Assembly: GCA_963776845.1 (NCBI GenBank)
Contig: CAVZOJ010000002.1
Coordinates: forward strand, 611,979 to 675,978
Length of the DNA stretch: 64,000 nucleotides
From: an uncultured Alphaproteobacteria bacterium
GTDB taxonomy: Bacteria > Pseudomonadota > Alphaproteobacteria > Rhodobacterales > Rhodobacteraceae
Direction of reading: 5' to 3'
Below are positions 42,538 to 51,363 of the stretch, in pieces (the stretch's first letter is position 1; the number at the start of each line of letters is the position of its first letter). The translations under genes and the position numbers were made by a program. The notes beneath the pieces are model-generated. The model had not been told where the DNA came from, made no database searches, and worked only from the letters and a program-made list of their open reading frames with translations.

Positions 42538-44246
42538 CGGCATGCGAAACCGAAGGACGGGGCGATCGATGCCCCGTCCTCTCCTGCACAGGCCTGACAC
42601 TTCAGGTGGCGACCCCTGGCGGGGCCGAGACGATCCTTGACGACCTCTCCTTCGACCTCATGCCCGGCGAGACGCTGTGCCTCGCTGGCGAGAGCGGGTC
42701 GGGCAAGTCAATGACCGCGCTCTCGATCATGGGGCTGCTGCCGCGGCAGGCGCGCATTGTCGGCGGCTCGATACGGATCGGAGAGACCGAGCTCACACGT
42801 CTGTCGGAACGCCAGTACCGCCGGATCCGCGCCGACAGGATCGCGATGATCTTTCAGGAGCCGATGACCTCGCTGAACCCGGTCCTCAGGATCGGCACGC
42901 AGCTCAGGGAGGTTCTGCTGTCGCACGGCGCGTGCAGCCGATCGGACGCGCCGGATCGCGCGCTCTCGCTGCTTCGCGACGTGCGTCTGACCGAGCCGGA
43001 GCGAAGGCTTTGGCAGTATCCGCACGAGCTTTCAGGCGGCATGCGCCAGCGGGTCATGATCGCGATGGCGCTTGCCTGCGAGCCCGAGATCCTGATCGCG
43101 GACGAGCCGACCACGGCACTCGACGTCACCGTCCAGGCCGAGATCCTCGACCTGATCCGCACGCTCTCGGCGCAGCATGGCACGGCCGTGCTGCTGATCA
43201 CGCACGACATGGGGGTCGTCGCCGAGATGGCCGACCGCGTCGTCATTCTGCGTGCCGGCCGCGTGGAGGAGACGGCAGAGGTCGGTCGAATCTTCGCCGC
43301 GCCGCAATCAGACTACGCTCGGACGCTGCTGGCCGCCGTGCCGCGCCTCGGCTCGAACCCACCGCGCCCGCCGGTCGAGCCGACGCCGCCGGTCCTCGAC
43401 ATCATGGACCTTCGCGTGCGTTTCCTGTTGCGCGGCGGGCTGCTCAACCGGGCGAAGTCGCACATCGATGCGGTGGCGGGGGTCGACCTCAAGATCGCGC
43501 ATGGCGAGACGCTCGCGCTGGTGGGGGAGTCGGGGTCGGGGAAGTCGACGATTGGCAAGGCCCTGCTGGGACTCGTCCCCTGGACCGGCTCCATCCGCGT
43601 GGCCGGGCAGCAGCTGTCGGGGCGCAGCCAGACCGCGATGAAAGAGGTGCGGCGTCAGGTCCAGATGGTCTTCCAGGATCCGGGCGCCTCTCTCGACGCG
43701 CGGATGACGGTGCGCGACCAGGTCGCTGAGCCCCTGATCGTCCACGGCCTGGCGCGCGGCTCGGAACTCGACGACCGCGTCGAATGGCTGTTCCGCCGGG
43801 TCGGCCTGTCTCCCGACCAGTTCGAACGCCATCCGCACGAGTTCTCGGGCGGACAGCGCCAGCGCGTCTGCATCGCCCGCGCCCTGGCGCTGGGTCCGAA
43901 GCTCATCGTTGCCGACGAGCCGACTTCGGCCCTCGACGTCAGCGTCCAGGCTCAGGTTCTCGACCTCTTGCTGGAATTGCAGGAGACGGTCGGCCTGGCA
44001 TATCTCTTCATCAGCCACGACATGGCGGTGGTCGACAGGGTGGCGCACCGGGTCGCCGTCATCCACGACGGCCGCATCGTCGAGCATGGCCCGCGCGACG
44101 AGGTCCTGGGTGCGCCGCGCGATGTCTACACCCAGCGGCTGATCGCGGCGGTGCCGGCCGGAGCCCGAAGCGATGCGCCGAGGCCACCCCAAGATGTCGG
44201 CGCAGCTGCGGGGCTTCCCTCTCTTCCTCGTCATTGCTGGCCTTGA
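42534..44246 (+). CDS. fused double-NBD ABC transporter ATP-binding protein (DppD-DppF fusion type)
   Basis: GTGA overlap with the formamidase stop. There are two complete cassettes: GESGSGKSMT...LSGGMRQRV...LIADEPTTALD, and GESGSGKSTI...FSGGQRQRV...IVADEPTSALD. Confidence 0.9.
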   Translation: MTACETEGRGDRCPVLSCTGLTLQVATPGGAETILDDLSFDLMPGETLCLAGESGSGKSMTALSIMGLLPRQARIVGGSIRIGETELTRLSERQYRRIRADRIAMIFQEPMTSLNPVLRIGTQLREVLLSHGACSRSDAPDRALSLLRDVRLTEPERRLWQYPHELSGGMRQRVMIAMALACEPEILIADEPTTALDVTVQAEILDLIRTLSAQHGTAVLLITHDMGVVAEMADRVVILRAGRVEETAEVGRIFAAPQSDYARTLLAAVPRLGSNPPRPPVEPTPPVLDIMDLRVRFLLRGGLLNRAKSHIDAVAGVDLKIAHGETLALVGESGSGKSTIGKALLGLVPWTGSIRVAGQQLSGRSQTAMKEVRRQVQMVFQDPGASLDARMTVRDQVAEPLIVHGLARGSELDDRVEWLFRRVGLSPDQFERHPHEFSGGQRQRVCIARALALGPKLIVADEPTSALDVSVQAQVLDLLLELQETVGLAYLFISHDMAVVDRVAHRVAVIHDGRIVEHGPRDEVLGAPRDVYTQRLIAAVPAGARSDAPRPPQDVGAAAGLPSLPRHCWP

Positions 44247-44327
44247 AACTCGGAAGAAGCGGAGCCGAGCCTTCTGTTGCTGCGGGAGGACGGCGCGGTT
44301 ACGCTGCGTTGCCGCATGGAGGGCAGC

Positions 44328-44954
44328 ATGGGCAAGATCGTCACGTTCGCGCAGCAGAAGGGCGGGTCGGGCAAGACCACCCTGGCGATCAATCTCGCTT
44401 GTGCGGCGCTTTCCGAAGGGCGGGCTGTCGCGGTGCTCGACACCGATCCACAGGGTAGCCTCGGCCAATGGTTCATGCGGCGGCGAGAGCGTGGCGATCC
44501 GGGTGTCACCTTCGCGACGGCGAGCGCGTGGGGCGTTTCTTACGAATGCGAGAAACTGGCCGGCGCGCACGACCTCGTCGTGGTCGACACGCCGCCGAAG
44601 GTCGATGCCGACCTGCGTCCGGCCTTGCGGGCCAGCGACCTCGTGATTGTCCCATTGGCGACATCGCACCTCGATCTCTGGGCCACCGAGAGCGTCCTAG
44701 ACCTCGCCTCTCGAGAGCGCCGCGACGCCATCATCGTTCTGAACAGGGTTCCTTCGAACACGCGCATGGCGGCGGAGGTGACCAGCGCCATCGAGGCCAT
44801 GGGCGCGCCGCGAACTAAGGCCGTGATCGGCAACCGAGTCATCTTCGCCCAGGCCACCGGCAATGGATCGAGCGCTGTCGAAGCCGAGAGGCGCGGCAAG
44901 GGCGCCGCCGAAATCAGCGCCCTCTGGCAAGAGGTCGACGCTCACCTCCGGTGA
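44328..44954 (+). CDS. ParA/MinD-type P-loop ATPase (orphan, no ParB nearby)
   Basis: ATG 44328. Deviant Walker A QQKGGSGKTTLAINLA, then VLDTDPQGS and VVVDTPP. Confidence 0.85.
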   Translation: MGKIVTFAQQKGGSGKTTLAINLACAALSEGRAVAVLDTDPQGSLGQWFMRRRERGDPGVTFATASAWGVSYECEKLAGAHDLVVVDTPPKVDADLRPALRASDLVIVPLATSHLDLWATESVLDLASRERRDAIIVLNRVPSNTRMAAEVTSAIEAMGAPRTKAVIGNRVIFAQATGNGSSAVEAERRGKGAAEISALWQEVDAHLR

Positions 44955-44961
44955 CAGAGCG

Positions 44962-45171
44962 TCAGGAGCGCAGGGAGTCGGCGCCGGGTGCCGGCGCCGA
45001 CTCCCAAGTTGCTGAGCCAAACCTGCACACGACCGGCACCGATAGTCCGACCGACGCGACGAGGGCGCCGAGCCATATCAGGAGCAGGGCCGCGACCGGC
45101 CCCAGGCCGAGGGCGAGGACCAGGAGGGATGTCGAAACACCGCTGCAAATCGCGAAGAACGCCAGCTTCAT
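44962..45171 (-). CDS. possible small two-TM membrane protein
   Basis: Inner ATG of ORF 44962..45201 (MKLAFFAICSGVSTSLLVLALGLGPVAALLLIWLGALVASVGL...). No convincing SD and no family. Confidence 0.25.
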   Translation of the reverse strand: MKLAFFAICSGVSTSLLVLALGLGPVAALLLIWLGALVASVGLSVPVVCRFGSATWESAPAPGADSLRS

Positions 45172-45396
45172 GGGGCGACAGTCGCCGGGCAGGTCGGGCA
45201 TTGCAACTGTGAGTTGTGACTGTTCGCTGCGTCTCGGGCGTCACCGGCGAGATGTCGCTGATCGGCGCGCCGCATCGGCTCCGATCGGCAAGCGGGTTGA
45301 AAGGCACAGGCATGAGACACAGGTCGATGACTTGCACCATGGCCGGCTCGAGACGCAGGCAAGCCTCGGGAGCGCGGCGAAACGGAAGGAGGTCGG

Positions 45397-45810
45397 ATGT
45401 TGACCCGAAAATCGCGGATCGCGGCAAGTGCTGCGATCACAGCACTTGTAGCGGCAACAACACCGGTACTTGCGCAGGACGCAAGCCAGGACACGACAGG
45501 ACAGGAGGAAACGATGCAGGAACAGCTGACACTGACCGAGGAAAAGCTGGACAGCTTCGTCGATGCTGCACTCGACGTGCAGGGCGTGACGGAAGACTTC
45601 GCCCCGCGCGCAGAGGCGGCCGAAACCGATGCGGAGCGGCAGGAGCTTGCCGAGGAGGCGAATACGGCGATCCGCGGCGCGATCGAGGAGACGCCCGGCA
45701 TCACGATCGAGGAGTACGTCGCGATTGGTCAGGCGGCGCAGCAGAACCCCGAGCTGGCGCAGCGCATCACCACGATGGCGCAGGAAAAGGCCGCTGCGAA
45801 CGACGGCTAA
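45397..45810 (+). CDS. DUF4168 domain-containing secreted protein
   Basis: Signal peptide (AITALVAATTPVLA), then an acidic helical repeat with LDSFVDAALDVQ...ITIEEYVAIGQAAQQNPELAQRI, typical of DUF4168. Followed by a strong terminator. Confidence 0.7.
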   Translation: MLTRKSRIAASAAITALVAATTPVLAQDASQDTTGQEETMQEQLTLTEEKLDSFVDAALDVQGVTEDFAPRAEAAETDAERQELAEEANTAIRGAIEETPGITIEEYVAIGQAAQQNPELAQRITTMAQEKAAANDG

Positions 45811-45830
45811 CGCCGATGGTCATCTGCGGC

Positions 45831-45861
45831 AAAGGGCGCCTATTCTAGGCGCCCTTTTTTT
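45831..45861 (+). terminator. intrinsic terminator
   Basis: AAAGGGCGCC-tattcta-GGCGCCCTTT followed by a T run, 21 nt after the DUF4168 stop. Confidence 0.85.
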
Positions 45862-45979
45862 GCGCTCCGAGGTGTCAAGCTGGCCTTGCGATGGCGCGCA
45901 ACGAACTGAAAAATATAGAGAAAGCCCCATGCGTTACCTGTTCGCGTACAGCGCGGCGCGGGCATAGGCGCAGGGATGT

Positions 45980-45998
45980 GGGGCGCCGAGGGCGCCCC
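45980..45998 (-). terminator. GC hairpin downstream of csp1 (no U tract)
   Basis: GGGGCGCC-gag-GGCGCCCC, 9 nt past the csp1 stop. No T/U run on either strand, so terminator function is uncertain. Confidence 0.3.
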
Positions 45999-46006
45999 AG
46001 AAGGGG

Positions 46007-46213
46007 TCAGGCAGCGGTCAGGTTGGTGGCGGACTCGCGGCCCTGTCGGTCGCGCTCGAGTTCGTACTCGACCTTCTGCCCGTCGGCGAGGCCGGTCAGG
46101 CCGGAACGCTCCAGCGCGGAGATGTGCACGAACACGTCGCGCTTGCCTTCATCCGGCTGGATGAAGCCGTAACCCTTTGTCGTATTGAACCATTTTACGG
46201 TGCCTGTGGCCAT
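46007..46213 (-). CDS. cold-shock protein, CspA family (csp1)
   Basis: [34 protein letters not shown]... contains the RNP1 (KGYGFI) and RNP2 (VFVHI) motifs. 68 aa. Confidence 0.95.
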   Translation of the reverse strand: MATGTVKWFNTTKGYGFIQPDEGKRDVFVHISALERSGLTGLADGQKVEYELERDRQGRESATNLTAA

Positions 46214-46324
46214 CGCAGGTCTCCTTCAGTCGTCGCTGCCCGCACTGTGCGGCAGCCTGGCTTGGTCGGTCGCGGTCGAAACTGAAGCCCGTAGAGGAGA
46301 CAGTGGTCGATGGTCGGACGTAGC
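46214..46324 (-). promoter_or_regulatory. csp1 5' leader (about 111 nt), paralogous to the csp2 leader, with an anti-SD element
   Basis: Aligns along its length with 46783-46894. On the RNA, GUCUCCU (plus-strand 46295-46301) is complementary to the SD AAGGAGAC (plus-strand 46219-46226). A conserved bulged hairpin GCUGCCGCACAGUGCGGGCAGC lies between them. Confidence 0.55.
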
Positions 46325-46330
46325 AGGCGC

Positions 46331-46360
46331 GATATGCGTGAGCGCCGGATCATTTGCAAG
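46331..46360 (-). promoter_or_regulatory. putative csp1 promoter (CTTGCA-N18-CATATC)
   Basis: The same hexamer arrangement, at the same distance from the start of leader conservation, is found upstream of csp2 (CTTGCC-N18-CATAGA). Confidence 0.45.
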
Positions 46361-46369
46361 AGGTGCCGA

Positions 46370-46466
46370 AACGTACGTTTTCGTACGTTCCAGACCCCCC
46401 TCTTGTACGTTTTCGTACAGGAAGCGCGGCGATCTGTACGTGCAGGCTTGCACGTACAGAAGCCTG
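46370..46466. repeat. array of GTAC-core palindromes/repeats upstream of the csp1 promoter
   Basis: GTACGTTTTCGTAC occurs at 46373-46386 and again at 46405-46418. A perfect 11-bp-stem hairpin, CTGTACGTGCA-ggct-TGCACGTACAG, lies at 46434-46459. A mutually exclusive stem pairs CAGGCTT (46443-46449) with AAGCCTG (46460-46466). Confidence 0.6.
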
Positions 46467-46517
46467 TTCAGGCGTCTTGGTGCGGTGGCGCAGGGGGGCC
46501 GCCGGCCGCCCGGGCAT

Positions 46518-46547
46518 GAAAAAAGGCGCCGGGTGAGCGGCGCCTTC
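46518..46547 (-). terminator. intrinsic terminator of csp2
   Basis: On the minus strand: AAGGCGCCG-cucacc-CGGCGCCUU followed by UUUU, about 30 nt after the csp2 stop. Confidence 0.85.
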
Positions 46548-46575
46548 GGTTCGTTCGGTCGACCTTGAGCGGTCG

Positions 46576-46782
46576 TCAGGCGAGCTGGATGTTGGTCGCG
46601 GAGTCGCGTCCGTCGCGGCCGCTCTCGATGTCGAAGGTCACCTTCTGGTTGTCGCTGAGGGTGGTGAGACCCGCACGCTCCACCGCCGAGATGTGCACGA
46701 ACACGTCGCGCGAGCCACCCTCGGGCTGAATGAAGCCGAAACCTTTGGTGCTGTTGAACCACTTCACTGTGCCATTGGCCAT
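46576..46782 (-). CDS. cold-shock protein, CspA family (csp2)
   Basis: [34 protein letters not shown]... 68 aa. Confidence 0.95.
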   Translation of the reverse strand: MANGTVKWFNSTKGFGFIQPEGGSRDVFVHISAVERAGLTTLSDNQKVTFDIESGRDGRDSATNIQLA

Positions 46783-46894
46783 CGTGATGTCTCCTTGTCT
46801 TGTTGCTGCCCGCGTCGGTGCGGCAGCCCGGCTCAGTCGGTCGCGATCGAAACTGAAGCCGTGAGGAGACAGTGGTCGAAAGAGATAACGTAGC
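46783..46894 (-). promoter_or_regulatory. csp2 5' leader, paralogous to the csp1 leader, with an anti-SD element
   Basis: On the RNA, GUCUCCU (plus-strand 46864-46870) is complementary to the SD AAGGAGAC (plus-strand 46789-46796). The central hairpin is conserved. Confidence 0.55.
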
Positions 46895-46901
46895 GACCTC
46901 C

Positions 46902-46931
46902 TCTATGCCCGCCGCGTGCGAGGATGGCAAG
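46902..46931 (-). promoter_or_regulatory. putative csp2 promoter (CTTGCC-N18-CATAGA)
   Basis: Same architecture as upstream of csp1. The -10-like hexamer lies 7 nt from the start of leader conservation. Confidence 0.45.
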
Positions 46932-46964
46932 CCTTTTTCAACGTCGGCCCCGCCGCGTTCCGTC

Positions 46965-47198
46965 TCAGCCGAGGGCGCGGGCGATCTGGTCCTTGAGGTG
47001 GCTGCGGGTGCGGCGCATCTCCTCCTCGTGCTCGTCGGTGGTGGGCTCGGCCCGGGTCTCGGCGCGGTGGATGGCGCGGTTCACCTCGTGGTACTCGTCC
47101 GTCAGGCGGCGGAAATGCGCGTCGCTCTCCCTCAGGCGGTGGATGGCGTCGGCCTTCTGCGGAAACTCTTCGGTCAGCTCGTGCGGGGTGTGGGACAT
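46965..47198 (-). CDS. DUF465 (YdcH-like) domain-containing protein
   Basis: LRESDAHFRRLTDEYHEVNRAIHRAE...MRRTRSHLKDQI is typical of DUF465. 77 aa. Confidence 0.8.
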   Translation of the reverse strand: MSHTPHELTEEFPQKADAIHRLRESDAHFRRLTDEYHEVNRAIHRAETRAEPTTDEHEEEMRRTRSHLKDQIARALG

Positions 47199-47396
47199 CG
47201 GTTCCTCCGTGGGTGTCGGCGGAGGGATGGGGGAGCGGCGGCGCGGCGGCCTTGATGTGGGTCAAGCGGGGCGCCGGTGCGCCTGCGCCTCTCCTGAAAC
47301 GGATGAAACACGGCGCGGCATCGGCGCGAAACCACAGACGCGCAGGGTCATCCCATCGACCTGCGGCCCGACGGCCCAGCAGACAGGAAAGAGATC

Positions 47397-47489
47397 ATGG
47401 CCCAGCACAAGCACGACATGCCCCGCCGCCGCGAGCCCGGCCCGACGCCGCCCGTCACGTGGCGCTTTCGCGACTGGGCGATGATCTGA
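47397..47489 (+). CDS. possible 30-aa small ORF
   Basis: ATG 47397 lies 6 nt after AGGAAAGAG and encodes MAQHKHDMPRRREPGPTPPVTWRFRDWAMI. It is below the ORF-track size cut-off. No family recognised. Confidence 0.2.
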   Translation: MAQHKHDMPRRREPGPTPPVTWRFRDWAMI

Positions 47490-47595
47490 CGGCCGCGCCA
47501 GCCCACGCCCGGTGACGGCACGGAACCGCGGGCGGGGGGCGCCGGTTCCCCTTGGGTACGCGGCCTCGGGCCGCACCCCGCGAGGAGGAACGATC

Positions 47596-47760
47596 ATGCT
47601 GAGACGACTCGTCTCGAAATTTCTGGGCTCGAGTGGCCGCACCAGCCCGACCCACGGCACGCCGCCGCACGGCACGGCCACCCATGGCCACAGCTCGCCC
47701 AAGGCGGCAGCCGCCAAGACCGCGGCCAAAGAGGTCAAGAAGGCGGTCAACAAGCACTGA
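47596..47760 (+). CDS. possible 54-aa basic small protein
   Basis: ATG 47596 lies 6 nt after GAGGAGGAA and encodes MLRRLVSKFLGSSGRTSPTHGTPPHGTATHGHSSPKAAAAKTAAKEVKKAVNKH. Low complexity. Confidence 0.35.
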   Translation: MLRRLVSKFLGSSGRTSPTHGTPPHGTATHGHSSPKAAAAKTAAKEVKKAVNKH

Positions 47761-48229
47761 GGCGCCAAGAAAGATGTGCCAGGTTCGAGGGGCGCGCCAT
47801 GCCGGCGCGCCCTTGTATCCGCCCTTGCGCGCATCCTCTTCGTCAGGCGAGGCTGGTACGGACCTCGAGAAGCAGGGTGTGCTTACGGTGGACCCGCGGG
47901 CCCGGGTCGTGCGCTTACCCAGCCTGGCGCGGCGGCGGGTCGGTGCGGTCGGGCACGTTCTCGACGCGCGATGCACTCGAACCAGCAGCCTTGACCGAGG
48001 AATCTGCAGTCGGGTGCCGATCCGTGCGATCTCGAGCCGTTGGAGCCGTCGTCCGCGAGCCATCTCTCGCCGTCGTGGCTCGCAATGATGCGTTGTCCAC
48101 TGTATGGTGAGAGCCAGACACTGGAGTCTGCCCAGCGGCGACTGCGGATGTCGCGCCCGGACGAGCTGCATGAGCGCGTCGACCACGGGTATTCCCAGCC
48201 CGGCGCATGCCACCAAGATCTACGTTGCG

Positions 48230-49705
48230 GCAAAGCCGTGGTCTTTCAGCAGACTACCCGGTCGACGCAAAAGCGATCAACATATCCATAATCCTCGATA
48301 TCCCGGAGATACGATTTACCAGGTCGGACTTGCTGGCGGTCAGCGTCTGGTTAACGGGGATAAAGTTGAAAGATCGCTGCGGGTCTATTCGCAACGGCAT
48401 AATTGCTCAATACGTTTCAGACTTGAAGCCGCGTGATTGCGGTGCCGTTTAAGAGAATGTGGCGTGCCTCGCGGTTAGCGCCCAACTGTTACTGCGAGAC
48501 GGATCAAGCATGCCAGCGACGAGAGGGATGTTGCGGCGCATGTGCGGCTGATGTTGGCAGAACCCGGTCAAGCACGGGTTCGTGGGCGGCCCGAGGCGTG
48601 GCCGTATTCGTCGGTCCACAAGGCGATGCGCGAGGGTTGGTTCGAGCCGTAGGGGTTCGCGGCGTCTCGGAAACGGTGCGGTGGACCGGTTTCGGCCGGC
48701 GAACGGGCAGCAGAGGTCGAGCGGTTCACCCCGCCGACCGCGCATCATCGCAGACCCGGGGCGCGGGTGGGGAGCGGAGGAATGGCGGGGTGAACCCCGC
48801 TCCTCGCTCGGCTCGGATAGCTCAAAAGCGGCTTCGATTTCTGCGCGGCGCTGATCGGAAAAATTCGACTCCGACAGCCCCTAGAACATTTCTTTAATGC
48901 TGCTATGCCTAAGCGACACGATCGTAGCCTGCCGCCTTTGCGAGAGGTAGCCGCGAAGACGAAAATCTGCACGGAGAGACGTTGGATTGTCGCCGCCGTA
49001 TTGCATCGGCTCATACGGATAGGCCTCCGTTTCCTTCCAAAGGCCTCCGATCGAGACAGCGCGGATTCCTCGCGTTACAAGCGGCATCGAGTGGGCAACC
49101 GATATCAGCCTATCGCAGTACGATTATCATATGATAGCTAGCGCGATCGCCTTACCGCCTGTGTTAAATTCGACGGCGGCTGCTTCATTTCGACGTATCA
49201 TTCTCCGCGTTGATGTAGCCGCGATATGGCTATCGTTTGTCGAACTGCCCGCTAGAAGACCTATACTGATTACCGGATCATTCCACCGAAGATCCTTGAA
49301 ACTTGATCAGCGCATCCTCGATGTCCAAGAATCATCGTCGATCTATTCGGAACGCGATGGCTCATGACGGTCAACTCCGGCGAATCGATTGCCAACATAT
49401 GATATTCGCTGTCTGTGGTCAGCAGATATCTCCGCTATATCGCGCTGAGCGTCGAGACCCGGCGAGCAGCTCCTTAAATGTCGAGTAATCGAAGCTACAT
49501 CCTTTGCGAGACGCTCTATTAAGCGCCACGATAGTTCGAGATATCGCGATAGTTTCTACCATCGTACTCCGCGTACTCGAGATCTGCATCTGGACGATCG
49601 TGCTCCAAATTGCTGATGCCCAGCAAACCGTCTTCCTGAGTCTCATACTTCGTGCCTGGCGCGCAATAAATTTCGAGACCGCACTGCTGAGCGCGAGCGA
49701 CTCCG
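48230..49705. other. low-GC island without a credible gene
   Basis: Hand counts of four 60-nt lines (49081-49320) give 28-35 G+C per 60, against mostly 37-43 in flanking coding DNA. All six frames are chopped into ORFs that do not resemble any family I recognise. The stretch is dense in short palindromes. Confidence 0.6.

Positions 49706-51363
<1,658 letters not shown>

Noticed and set aside
45923-45961. 12-codon mini-ORF (MRYLFAYSAARA) with an upstream purine-rich stretch, as a possible leader peptide.
   Set aside because: There is no downstream gene on the same strand for it to regulate (csp1 is on the opposite strand), and no attenuator structure follows.
47761-48230. GC-rich ORFs on both strands (for example 47455-48216, 47883-48233, 47633-48088) as candidate genes, including the stretch AGLGIPVVDALMQLVRARHPQSPL.
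   Set aside because: All three minus frames and all plus frames are open simultaneously. The translations are Arg/Ala/Pro-rich with no motif I can assign. GC3 is high only over about 30 codons. The evidence is insufficient to call a CDS.
48640-48830. tRNA, tmRNA or RNase-P-like fragments (GGTTCGAGCC T-loop-like string at about 48646; GGAGGAATGGCGGGG; GGATAGCTCAAAAG).
   Set aside because: No cloverleaf can be built and there is no acceptor/CCA context. The RNase P P4-like string does not match the conserved GGAAAGUCCGG core. These are resemblances only.
49125-49150. Possible synthetic multiple-cloning-site signature (NdeI CATATG, NheI GCTAGC, AsiSI GCGATCGC abutting; XhoI/BglII CTCGAGATCT at about 49577-49586).
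   Set aside because: A mid-GC stretch of about 1.5 kb is expected to contain some two dozen 6-bp palindromes by chance. No vector backbone, tag or primer-like sequence surrounds them. They are noted as a palindrome cluster instead.
48230-49705. Prophage remnant, integrase, IS element or toxin-antitoxin pair in the low-GC island.
   Set aside because: I recognise no recombinase, transposase, toxin or antitoxin motif in any frame, no terminal repeats spanning the island, and no tRNA or direct-repeat borders. Decayed foreign DNA cannot be excluded, but a specific call is not supported.
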